Below the pieces are notes generated by a model that ran no database searches, was not told the DNA's origin, and saw nothing but the letters and a program-made list of their open reading frames with translations. DNA of 64,000 bases from an uncultured delta proteobacterium (GTDB taxonomy: Bacteria > Desulfobacterota > Binatia > DP-6): positions 512,001-576,000 of the forward strand of contig CAWFFN010000005.1 of the NCBI GenBank assembly GCA_963815115.1, given 5' to 3'. Position numbers and translations under genes: made by a program. This document shows, piece after piece, positions 10,272 to 18,509 of the stretch. Within the stretch, counting starts at the first letter, position 1; the number at the start of each line of letters is the position of its first letter.

Positions 10272-10540
10272 CGTCTCTTGCCCTCGTACTGGCGGCGCTC
10301 CGTAGGCGTCGCTCGGCGCGCGGAGATCAGCCGCGGACCCGCGTCCCGCCAGGTGTACGCGACCACGAGAAGCCTCCCGAGAGCGTCGGTTGCCAGGGTG
10401 ACCAAGCGCTCTTCGTCAGGATCGTCGTGCCGCACTGTGATGGCCATCTCGTCTTGGAGAGCGGTGGCGGCATCAGCGAAGTCCACCCCGTGCTTCCGGA
10501 GGTTGGCCCTCGCCTTGGCCTCATCCCACTCCACCTCCAC
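10268..10540 (-). CDS. brnT: BrnT family toxin; cassette 3
   Basis: EWDEAKARANLRKHGVDF, LLVVAYT, RLISARRAT..ERRQY; ATGA overlap with brnA. Confidence 0.92.
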   Translation of the reverse strand: MEVEWDEAKARANLRKHGVDFADAATALQDEMAITVRHDDPDEERLVTLATDALGRLLVVAYTWRDAGPRLISARRATPTERRQYEGKRR

Positions 10541-10548
10541 GGCGATGG

Positions 10549-10568
10549 ACTGTATGCACAGATGTGCA
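10549..10568 (-). promoter_or_regulatory. Putative brnTA promoter/operator
   Basis: TGCACA-GA-TGTGCA inverted repeat (10555-10568) next to a minus-strand TACAGT -10-like hexamer just upstream of brnT. Confidence 0.55.
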
Positions 10569-10585
10569 CCGGCCGCAACCTGGAG

Positions 10586-10675
10586 GCCTAACGGGCGGCT
10601 GGAGCGGACCGGCGGCCGGGCAGCTCGCCAGGCTCCACCGCCGGTGTCCGCCGGCCGCTCAGCCGCCTGTTAGGC
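10586..10675 (+). repeat. attC site 4
   Basis: GCCTAAC..GCTGGAGCGGACCGGCGG...CCGCCGGCCGCTCAGC..GTTAGGC. Confidence 0.85.
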
Positions 10676-10704
10676 GGCCCGATGACTATAGGTAGTCTTA
10701 CGTA

Positions 10705-10911
10705 ATGCGACCCCTTCGGTATTCCATCAACGTAACATTAGACGGGTGCTGCGATCATCGTGCGATGGTCGCGGACGAAGACTTGCATCGTCACGCGGTC
10801 GAGAACCTCGCCCAGGCCGATGCCCTCCTGTTTGGCCGGGTGACTTACGAAATGATGGAGGCAGCGTGGCGGGCGCCGGCGCGGACGGGAGCGAGGCCTG
10901 ATTGGATGGAA
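10705..10911 (+). pseudogene. DHFR/RibD C-terminal family gene, truncated after about 69 codons; cassette 4
   Basis: YSINVTLDGCCDH, ADALLFGRVTYEMM..AW; similarity stops at WME; no closing attC. Confidence 0.85.
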
Positions 10912-10912
10912 C

Positions 10913-11312
10913 GTGCGCAACATGATCCTCGAGGACTGGACGATGTGGGGAGTGCGCTTCGAGTCCGGCTCCACCGGCAACGTCGTGAACTCCCTCTTCA
11001 CCCTCAGCCCCTACGCGACCTCGGTGGGGGGGCAAGGCCAACTCGGCGCTGCGGGTGACGTCGTCCAAGCCCGTGTTCACGGCGGGCAACGTGTACCAGG
11101 GGCGCTGCGACGAGGGCGCTCAGGGGACCGCGACCGCGCCGTACGTGGTCGCGCCCGTCACCACGCGGCCCGTTGCCGACATGACCCCGCAGGTACGGAC
11201 GCGGTCAGGCTGCCTGCCGCGCGACGGCGTGGACCAGGCATACATCGACATGAAGAGCGGCTGGAAGGTCGGCGAATCCACCCCGCTGCGCCTCTTCCCC
11301 ACCACGCCGTGA
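10913..11312 (+). pseudogene. C-terminal fragment of a pectate-lyase-like (beta-helix) protein, +1 shift in G7 run
   Basis: VRNMILEDW..GVRFESGSTGNVVN..SVGG then KANSALRV..VFTAGN..GCLPRDGVDQAYI. Confidence 0.55.
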
Positions 11313-11361
11313 CGGGGTGAGCTCGCCCCATCGCCTCCGCTGGAGGCGACCCGAACGGAAC

Positions 11362-11393
11362 ACCTGCCCCGGTCGCAGCCGACCGGGGCAGGT
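11362..11393. terminator. 14-bp perfect hairpin between convergent genes
   Basis: ACCTGCCCCGGTCG-cagc-CGACCGGGGCAGGT. Confidence 0.6.
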
Positions 11394-11414
11394 CGCATTT
11401 AGGGGCCGGCATCT

Positions 11415-12440
11415 TCACGCCACTGGTGGTGGCCCTGCCCAGTGCGTGGCCAGGAAGGTCCCCTCGCTCAGGAGCGTGACCAGCCCCAGGAAGTCGGTCT
11501 CGAGCTCGACCGAGAGGGTGTCTCCTGGCGCCAGCTGCACGAGGGTGGATGTCGAGACCGTTGCGTGGCCGACGAAGAATTCTCGGGTCTGGTTCGAGGC
11601 GCGGAGCACGCCGTTCTGCAGGATGCGGATCTGGATCGCCGTCGTGAGGCCGAACTGGTCGAACGAGGCCCCGGCGTCGACCTGATAGATACCCGCGTGT
11701 TGCGCCGTCAGCACTGCGGGCGTCCCGGGGTCGAACAAGCCGTCGGTGTCGAAGTCCGTGCCCGTCCAGGTGAGGGTGATGGTCCCGTTGGGGAGCGCGG
11801 TGTCGAGCTCGCGGTCGCTTCCGACAAGGGTCCGCGCCGCCGGCACCGTGCCGGCCGCAAAGAGCGACACGCCGTCGATCGCGTTCGCGGCGAGCGACGG
11901 GGCGGGGTAGGTGCCGGTGAGCGCTCCGCCGGCCGGGCCGGTTGCAGGGCCGGGCGGGCCAGTCGCGCCCGTCAGGCCCTGCGCACCGGTCGGGCCGGCA
12001 GCGCCTACCGGTCCCGGCGCGCCGCTCGGCCCGGCGGGGCCGGTCGATCCGAGCGATCCCGTTGCACCGGTTGACCCCGTGGGCCCTTCCGGCCCGCTCG
12101 GTCCGAGCGGACCCGTGGGTCCCTCGGCGCCCGGCGCTCCGGATGGTCCTTCCGACCCGGCGGATTCCCGCGGCCCCGCGGGACCCTCCGCTCCGGGTGG
12201 CCCGACCGGTCCCGCGACACCGAGCTCCGTGGGGCTGATCACCCTCCAGCCCCTGGGACAGCGGTTCACGCGCAGCCGAACGCGGTGGTGGTGCCGACAC
12301 ATGACGACGGGCGCGGCCCCGGACTCGGGCGTGATGAGGGCGCCGCTCGCCACCGTGGCCATCGCCCATGCGAGGATGCGTGCTCCGAATCTCGTCTGTC
12401 TGACCAGCATGAGAGAAGTGAGGCACTCAGTCTGTTGCAC
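11415..12440 (-). CDS. Secreted collagen-like protein with C1q/TNF-like C-terminal domain
   Basis: Signal-like N-terminus, 31 G-X-Y triplets, [21 protein letters not shown]; start uncertain. Confidence 0.8.
   Translation of the reverse strand: MQQTECLTSLMLVRQTRFGARILAWAMATVASGALITPESGAAPVVMCRHHHRVRLRVNRCPRGWRVISPTELGVAGPVGPPGAEGPAGPRESAGSEGPSGAPGAEGPTGPLGPSGPEGPTGSTGATGSLGSTGPAGPSGAPGPVGAAGPTGAQGLTGATGPPGPATGPAGGALTGTYPAPSLAANAIDGVSLFAAGTVPAARTLVGSDRELDTALPNGTITLTWTGTDFDTDGLFDPGTPAVLTAQHAGIYQVDAGASFDQFGLTTAIQIRILQNGVLRASNQTREFFVGHATVSTSTLVQLAPGDTLSVELETDFLGLVTLLSEGTFLATHWAGPPPVA
11943..12221 (-). repeat. Collagen Gly-X-Y repeat (31 triplets, one Gly to Glu break)
   Basis: GVA GPV GPP ... 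GPP GPA. Confidence 0.9.
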
Positions 12441-12868
12441 GTCATGCTAGGTACGGCGAGCCGCTCAGGCTTGCCAGGGCCGCCGGGCTTCCATGTCCCG
12501 CACCGAGAGCATGCATGACACCCATCGTCCGCGGGTGCCGGCGAGGCAAAAGAAGCCGGCGCGTCGATCGCGCGCCGCATCGGAGGCACGCACGACGTCT
12601 GCGTGCAGCACGGTGGCATCGGCAGCGGACCCCTCGGAGGACCGCAGCGCCTTCACTTCTCCGGCCGCGCCGCGACCTTCACGGTGGAGAGGAGGAAGGT
12701 CCGCGATTGCATGTTGAGCATGCCGCGGACGATGACCTGGCTTCCCGCCGGCGCCTGCTCGAGCTGCTTCACCAGGTCCGGCGGCCCGGCGACGAGAGCG
12801 CGGGGCGCACGCGCAAGCGGAACGAGAGCGGGGAGACGGAACGCTCGGCTCGGCCGCTGGCTCATGCT

Positions 12869-13267
12869 ATGGCGCAGCCGATGCGCCAGCCGCCGTGGAA
12901 GGCTCTCGTCGCCGAGCTGAAGGAGCGAGGACACGAGAGCCCCTATCTCGACCGCCTGCGCGCGCGTCTCGACGTCGAGCAGGCGCAGGCGTCGCTGGAG
13001 CGTGAGATCCTCCAGGAGATCGCGAGCGCGCTCGGTCGGACCGAGGCGAAGCTCAATTTCGCCCTGCTGCGGCTCGAGCTCGCCGCGCGCGACCTCGACG
13101 ACGCGCCCGGCGGTGCCGAGCGCGCCGCCTGCGGCGCGCGCTTCGAGGCCGTGCGGATGGAGGCGCTGCGGGCGCGGCACGAGCTGCTCATCCACCGCGA
13201 GGCGGTGGGCATCCGTCGCAACGACCTCCTGGAGACGCTCTATCCGATTCCTCCGCGTCGCCGCTGA
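12869..13267 (+). CDS. Helical hypothetical protein (DUF6665-like)
   Basis: EIASALGR..LLIHREAVGIRRNDLLETLYPIP; codon usage typical of the genome. Confidence 0.7.
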   Translation: MAQPMRQPPWKALVAELKERGHESPYLDRLRARLDVEQAQASLEREILQEIASALGRTEAKLNFALLRLELAARDLDDAPGGAERAACGARFEAVRMEALRARHELLIHREAVGIRRNDLLETLYPIPPRRR

Positions 13268-13371
13268 CGGCACCGGCCGATGGGACCGTCCGCGTGAGGG
13301 GCGCGATCGCATCCGCTTGAGCCGGGCGGTGTCCCGGGCCTATGAACGCAAACCCGTCAGGGAGGTCTCCC

Positions 13372-14250
13372 ATGCACATCGGACTCTTCGCTCCGCTCGG
13401 CAATCCCTTTGGCACCCCGGACTACGTGCACGCGCTCGGCGCGGCAGCGGAGGAGCGCGGCTTCCAGTCCCTGTGGGTGGCCGAGCACGTCGTGCTCTTC
13501 GACGACTACGCCTCGCGCTATCCGTATGCTGCCGACGGGCGCATTCCCGCCACCGGAGAAGCGGGCTTTCTCGATCCATTCGAGTCGCTCGCCTTTCTCG
13601 CCGCGGCCACGTCGCGCATCCGCCTCGGGACGGGCATCTGCCTGGTTCCGCAGCGCAATCCCGTCTACACGGCGAAGCAGGCGGCGTCGGTCGACTGGCT
13701 GTCCGGCGGCCGCCTGGACTTCGGCGTGGGCGTCGGGTGGCTCGCCGAGGAGTTCCGCGCGCTCCAGGTGCCGTTCGATCGGCGCGGAGACCGCTGCCGG
13801 GAATATCTGGAAGTGATGCGGCGCCTGTGGTGCGATCCGGTGTCGAGCTTCGAGGGCGAGTTCTACGATCTTCCCGCGTGCCGCCAGTATCCGAAGCCGA
13901 TCCAGCAGCCCCACCCGCCGGTCCACTTCGGAGGCGAGAGCCCCGCCGCCCTGCGCCGGGTCGCCGATCTGGGACAGGGGTGGTACCCCTTCGACATCGA
14001 GCCGGCGCCGCTCGCCGCGCTTCTCGGGACGCTCGACCGGCTCCTGGCGGCGCGTGGTCGCAGCCGGCGCGACCTCCAGGTGAGCGTCTGCCCCTACTTC
14101 CGCCCGGTCGATCTGGACGCCGTGAAACGCTACCGCGACGTCGGCGTCGACCAGGTCATCCTGCTCCTGATCGCTCCCCGCGCCGAGGAGCTGCGGCGCT
14201 CGCTCGACGGCCTGGCGGAGACGATCGTCGAGCCCGCACGGAGGCTGTGA
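13372..14250 (+). CDS. LLM class (putatively F420-dependent) oxidoreductase, Rv2161c-like
   Basis: GFQSLWVAEHV, RIRLGTGI, LSGGRLDFGVGVGW..EEF, HFGGES; GGAGG RBS. Confidence 0.9.
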   Translation: MHIGLFAPLGNPFGTPDYVHALGAAAEERGFQSLWVAEHVVLFDDYASRYPYAADGRIPATGEAGFLDPFESLAFLAAATSRIRLGTGICLVPQRNPVYTAKQAASVDWLSGGRLDFGVGVGWLAEEFRALQVPFDRRGDRCREYLEVMRRLWCDPVSSFEGEFYDLPACRQYPKPIQQPHPPVHFGGESPAALRRVADLGQGWYPFDIEPAPLAALLGTLDRLLAARGRSRRDLQVSVCPYFRPVDLDAVKRYRDVGVDQVILLLIAPRAEELRRSLDGLAETIVEPARRL

Positions 14251-14253
14251 GCC

Positions 14254-14979
14254 ATGCCGCAGAACGTCCCGTCCTTCCAGTTCAGCGACGACGCCAAGCG
14301 CGTGCGCCGGCTCGTCTACGAGCACTGGTGCGAGCACGGGCGCGGTCCGAACCTGCGCACCATGCACGAGGCCACGGGCTTCTCCCGCGAGCGCATCCTG
14401 GAGATCTATCGCGAGCTCGACCTCGGTCTCGTCCTCACCCTCGATCAGACGACGAACCAGCCGGCCATCCTGAAGTGCCAGCCGTTCTCGAGCTTCCCGA
14501 CCCAGGTCGAGGTGCATCTCGACGGTCGCTTCCACTGCTGGGCGGGCTGCGCGATGGAGTCGGTGGCCATCTCCCGCATGCCGCCGTTCCAGGGACGGGA
14601 GCTGCGGCTCGAATCGTACTGCGCCTGCTGTCTCTCGCCCATCGCGCTGCTCGCGCGCGACGGCGAGATCCGCGCCGCCGGTCGGGCCGAGCCGCTGATC
14701 CACGTCAGCACGAGCCCCCGGGAGTGGAACACGGTCGACATCGTGCGCATGTGCGACAGCATGAACTTCGTGCTCGACGGCGAGCACGCCCTTGCCTACG
14801 AGCGCCAGGTCGCGCGGCGCGGTGTCCTCTTCACTCTCGCGCAGGCGCGCCGCTTCGTTGCCGGGACGGGCGACAACCGCATGCACCGCTACGACTGGGA
14901 ACCGGTGGCGCTGATCCCGTCGCGCGTGATCGCGGGCATCAAGGCGCTGGGTGTCGACGTGAGCAACTGGGGGGCGTAG
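14254..14979 (+). CDS. Organomercurial lyase (MerB)-like protein with N-terminal winged helix
   Basis: PFSSFPT, WAGCAMES, LESYCACCLSPI, MCDSMNF. Confidence 0.65.
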   Translation: MPQNVPSFQFSDDAKRVRRLVYEHWCEHGRGPNLRTMHEATGFSRERILEIYRELDLGLVLTLDQTTNQPAILKCQPFSSFPTQVEVHLDGRFHCWAGCAMESVAISRMPPFQGRELRLESYCACCLSPIALLARDGEIRAAGRAEPLIHVSTSPREWNTVDIVRMCDSMNFVLDGEHALAYERQVARRGVLFTLAQARRFVAGTGDNRMHRYDWEPVALIPSRVIAGIKALGVDVSNWGA

Positions 14980-14983
14980 CCGC

Positions 14984-16480
14984 GTGCGGGCCGCAGCGGC
15001 GCTGCTCCCGGTGCTTCTGACGGCCTGGGTCTACCATCCCGTCACCCGGACCTACTTCTTCGCCGACGACTTCGTCTGCTTCCTGAGCATCCTGAACGAC
15101 GGCTTCCTGCGCTTCGTGCTGCGGCCGTTCGGCGGTCACAACCTTCTCGTCCGCAACCTCGCCTTCTACGGCTCCTACCAGCTCTTCGGCATGCGGCCGG
15201 AGCCCTATTTCTGGACCGTGCTCCTCACCCACCTGGTCAACGTCTGGCTCCTCTTCCGGGTGCTGCGGAACGTGACGGATAGCCTCGCGCTGGCATGCTT
15301 CGGCGCCGCGCTCTGGGGGACGTCTCCGGCTCAGGTCGGGACGCTCGGCTGGTACTCGGTGTACGGCCAGGTGCTGGTCGCGACCATCCTGCTCGTGGTG
15401 CTCGATGGCGTGACGGCGCGCGCGCGCACCGGCACGGCCCCGTCGCTCCGCGCGGCCGCGGGCTGGTACGCGTTGCTGCTCGTCGGTACGACCTGCTTCG
15501 GTACGGGCGTCGGCATCGCGCTCGTGTTCCCGGCCGTTCTCTTCCTCGTCCTGCCGGAGGCGTGGCGGCGCCCCGGCATCCGCGCCGCCTACCTGCTGCT
15601 CCCGCTGGTCACCGTCGCCCTCTACTTCGCCTTCCGTCGCTTCTACCCGATGCTGGAGCCCTTGACCTTCAGCGAGGCGATCTCGGGCAACCTCTCCGCT
15701 CCGCGACTGCGGGGGGCCGTGCCGATGCTGCCGCCCTTGCTGGCGGTCTCGGTGGATACCGCACTGCGCGGCACCTTCCTGTCGACGGCGCACTGGCCGA
15801 CCGGCGGAACCCCGATCTTGCTCGCCGCCTTCGGCGCGGGTCTCGCCGCCCTGCTCTGGCGGGGTGATGCGGCGACCCGCCGGGTCACCTGTGCGATGTT
15901 CGCGCTCGCCATGGGGATCTACGCCGTGATCGCCATCGGCCGGGCGCCCTTCAACCGCTCGGACATCGTGATGACGTGGCTCGCCGCCCAGCTTCGCTAC
16001 CACTACGTCGGGATGATTCCGACCGTCGTCGTGGCCTGTCTCGTGCTCCGGGAACTGGGCCGGGTGGGTCCGCTGCGCCTGCTGCCCGGAACGGCGCTCC
16101 TGCTCGCCGCGCTCGCGCTCGGTGCCATCGGCTACCTGCGCTCCGACTTCCGCATCGACGATCGCGCGGACGTCCGCGGGTACCTCGCCCAGGTGCAGCG
16201 CGGGATGGCCAACGAAGTCGACGGTCGCGCGGTCGGCACCACGGTCTACCTCGAGAACGGCGACGTGTCCCCGATCCTGCTCGGACCCCTGATGGCCAGG
16301 GTCAAGCCGCTCTTCCCGGGACGCGCCGCGGTGTTCCTCCTCACCCACTCCGGCGACGAGCTCGACGGCCGACACGTCCGCTTCGTGGAGCGCGATCCCG
16401 CCGTTCTCGCGCGCATCGAGCGCTCGCCCGAGGATCCACTGGCGACCCTGCTCGTCCGCCCCGACGCGCTACCGCGGTAG
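14984..16480 (+). CDS. Polytopic membrane protein, probable GT-C fold glycosyltransferase-like
   Basis: YFFADDF after TM1, LFGMRPEPY..LLTHLVN, many TM segments, RYHY. Confidence 0.65.
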   Translation: MRAAAALLPVLLTAWVYHPVTRTYFFADDFVCFLSILNDGFLRFVLRPFGGHNLLVRNLAFYGSYQLFGMRPEPYFWTVLLTHLVNVWLLFRVLRNVTDSLALACFGAALWGTSPAQVGTLGWYSVYGQVLVATILLVVLDGVTARARTGTAPSLRAAAGWYALLLVGTTCFGTGVGIALVFPAVLFLVLPEAWRRPGIRAAYLLLPLVTVALYFAFRRFYPMLEPLTFSEAISGNLSAPRLRGAVPMLPPLLAVSVDTALRGTFLSTAHWPTGGTPILLAAFGAGLAALLWRGDAATRRVTCAMFALAMGIYAVIAIGRAPFNRSDIVMTWLAAQLRYHYVGMIPTVVVACLVLRELGRVGPLRLLPGTALLLAALALGAIGYLRSDFRIDDRADVRGYLAQVQRGMANEVDGRAVGTTVYLENGDVSPILLGPLMARVKPLFPGRAAVFLLTHSGDELDGRHVRFVERDPAVLARIERSPEDPLATLLVRPDALPR

Positions 16481-17656
16481 CCCGAGGATGCGCTGCGCGA
16501 TCACGTTGCGCTGGATCTCCGACGTGCCGCCCATGATGGTCTCGGATCGTGCATAGAGGAACTGGCGCGCGACGGCTCCCGCGGCGAGCGCGCTCTCGCC
16601 GTCGCGCAGGGCACCGTACGGTCCGAACAGCTCGAGCGCCAGGTCCTGGAGCCGCTGGTCGGTCTCGCTCCCCAGCACCTTCTCGAGCGAGCTTTCCGGC
16701 CCGGGATGCCCGCTGCGCAGGAGCGTGGTGAGGCTGCGATAGCCGCTCAAGCGCAGGAGCTCCACCTCGATGTGCGCCTGCGCGAGGCGCTGGCGCACGA
16801 ACGGATCCCGCAGCGCATGTGCGGCCGCCGGATGCTCGCGCAGCAGCTGCACGAGCTGCGCCAGGCTGCGGCGGATCTTGCGCTGGAAGACGAACGTCCA
16901 CATCGGGCCGCGCTCGTGCTGCACGATGCCCATGGCGATGCCCCACCCGGCGCCCGGCGCGCCGAGGAGGTTCTCTGCCGGGACGCGCACGTCCTCGAAG
17001 AAGACCTCGCAGAACTCGGCGTCGTCGGTCATCTGACGCAGCGGCCGCACCGTGATCCCCGGCGTCTTCATGTCGACCAGCAGCAGGCTCAGGCCCTTGT
17101 GCTTCGGCCCGTCGGCCTCCGTGCGACAGAGCAGGAAGCAGCGGTCGGCGATGTCGGCGTGGCTGGTCCACACCTTCTGCCCGTCGACGACGTACTCGTC
17201 GCCGCGCCGCTCGGCCCGGGTGCGCAGGCTCGCCAGATCGGACCCCGCGCCCGGCTCCGAGAAGCCCTGGCACCACAGCTCGTCGCCGTTGACCATCGGC
17301 GTGAGGTAGCGACGCTGCTGCGCGGGCGTTCCGTGCGCGAGCAGCGCGGGCCCGATGAGATCGACGTAGGACTGTGCCGGCGGTCGCGGCGCGCCGACCT
17401 GGTCGAGCGCCTGGTCGAAGAACCAGCGCTCCACGACGGTGGCGCCCCGGCCGCCTTGCTCGCGCGGCCAGGAGATCGCCGCCCAGCCGCCGTCGAAGAG
17501 CCGGCGCTGCCAGTCGCGCGCGATCGCGAGCCACATCGGATCCTCGACACGCGTCCAGCAGTGATCGCGGCGCCACGCGGCGGGCAGGCTGCCCTCCAGC
17601 CAGGCACGCGCCTCCTCCGCGAAGGCGAGCTCGGCGGGCGAGAAGGAGAAGTCCAT
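16469..17656 (-). CDS. Acyl-CoA dehydrogenase
   Basis: WCQGFSEPGAGSDLA, GQKVWTS, TIMGGTSEIQRN. Confidence 0.93.
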   Translation of the reverse strand: MDFSFSPAELAFAEEARAWLEGSLPAAWRRDHCWTRVEDPMWLAIARDWQRRLFDGGWAAISWPREQGGRGATVVERWFFDQALDQVGAPRPPAQSYVDLIGPALLAHGTPAQQRRYLTPMVNGDELWCQGFSEPGAGSDLASLRTRAERRGDEYVVDGQKVWTSHADIADRCFLLCRTEADGPKHKGLSLLLVDMKTPGITVRPLRQMTDDAEFCEVFFEDVRVPAENLLGAPGAGWGIAMGIVQHERGPMWTFVFQRKIRRSLAQLVQLLREHPAAAHALRDPFVRQRLAQAHIEVELLRLSGYRSLTTLLRSGHPGPESSLEKVLGSETDQRLQDLALELFGPYGALRDGESALAAGAVARQFLYARSETIMGGTSEIQRNVIAQRILGLPR

Positions 17657-17706
17657 CGCGGCGGCGAAGCCTAGCAGACGCCGGTGCCGGTTGGTAAGGG
17701 CAAGAC

Positions 17707-18435
17707 ATGCCGAATCCGTCGCTCTACCTCCACGAGCTGATCGACATCGTCGGCACCGGATCGGAAGCCTACAAGGCGCACACCGGCCGCCTGGGCACCG
17801 CGCGCCGCGACGGCGGCGCGCCGCTCGTCGGCACCTGGCAGCAGAGCGGCTCGACCGGTGCATGGCCCGTGGTGGTCAACCTGTGGGAGATGCGCGGCTG
17901 GGATCACTGGACGGAGATCCTGGAGCGGCAGTACACGCGCCGCTCGGGGCAAGCGCCGCAGCTCAAGCGCTGGTGGACCGAGGCCACGAAGTATCGCTCG
18001 GGCGGCTTCGATCGCATCCTGGAGCCGGCGACGTTCTGTCCCACGCGCGCCGAGCTGATCCGACGCGGCGTACGCGGCATGGCCTGCCTGCAGGAGATCG
18101 CGACCCTGAAGCCCGGCACGGCGGAGCAATACCTCGATGCCATTGCGACCCACTGGCTCGCCGTCGCCGCGCGCCGTGGCCTGACGCTCGTCGGCGCCTA
18201 CCGCACGGCCATGCGCGACAACGAGGCGGTGGTGCTGTGGAGCCTGCCGTCCTTCGGCGCTCTCACCGGGCACCTCGGCACGCTGGACGACGACCCGGCG
18301 GTCCGCTCGTGGCGGGAGCGCGCACGCACATGGCGGGTCGACTACCGGGAAACGCTGCTCGTGCCGAGCATCTGGTGCGTGACCCACCCGGACTGGCGGG
18401 AATCGGGCCGGCCGAGGCGGACTGCGCGGCGCTGA
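17707..18435 (+). CDS. NIPSNAP-like dimeric alpha/beta barrel protein (two repeats)
   Basis: LYLHELID, GSTGAWPVVVNLWE, RSGGFDRILEP, second half LVGAYRT..VVLW. Confidence 0.65.
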   Translation: MPNPSLYLHELIDIVGTGSEAYKAHTGRLGTARRDGGAPLVGTWQQSGSTGAWPVVVNLWEMRGWDHWTEILERQYTRRSGQAPQLKRWWTEATKYRSGGFDRILEPATFCPTRAELIRRGVRGMACLQEIATLKPGTAEQYLDAIATHWLAVAARRGLTLVGAYRTAMRDNEAVVLWSLPSFGALTGHLGTLDDDPAVRSWRERARTWRVDYRETLLVPSIWCVTHPDWRESGRPRRTARR

Positions 18436-18509
18436 GGCCCGACGCCGGCACCGAGGAGCTCTGGGGCCGCCGTGATCCGTCGAGCGACCCCGGACGCCGC
18501 CGGGCCTGC

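Larger units (their letters stand above)
7670..10911 (+). mobile_element. Integron with inverted integrase arrangement: intI followed by 4 attC sites and 4 cassettes (last truncated)
   Basis: intI co-directional with and upstream of an attC-delimited array of short, less GC-rich genes. Confidence 0.88.

Noticed and set aside
8929-10675. Recurrent GGAGCGGAC/CCGCTCA sequences as a CRISPR or REP array
   Set aside because: Spacing is gene-sized and the structure matches attC sites; no cas genes
11911-12450. Plus-strand Gly/Pro repeat ORF
   Set aside because: Antisense shadow of the collagen repeat
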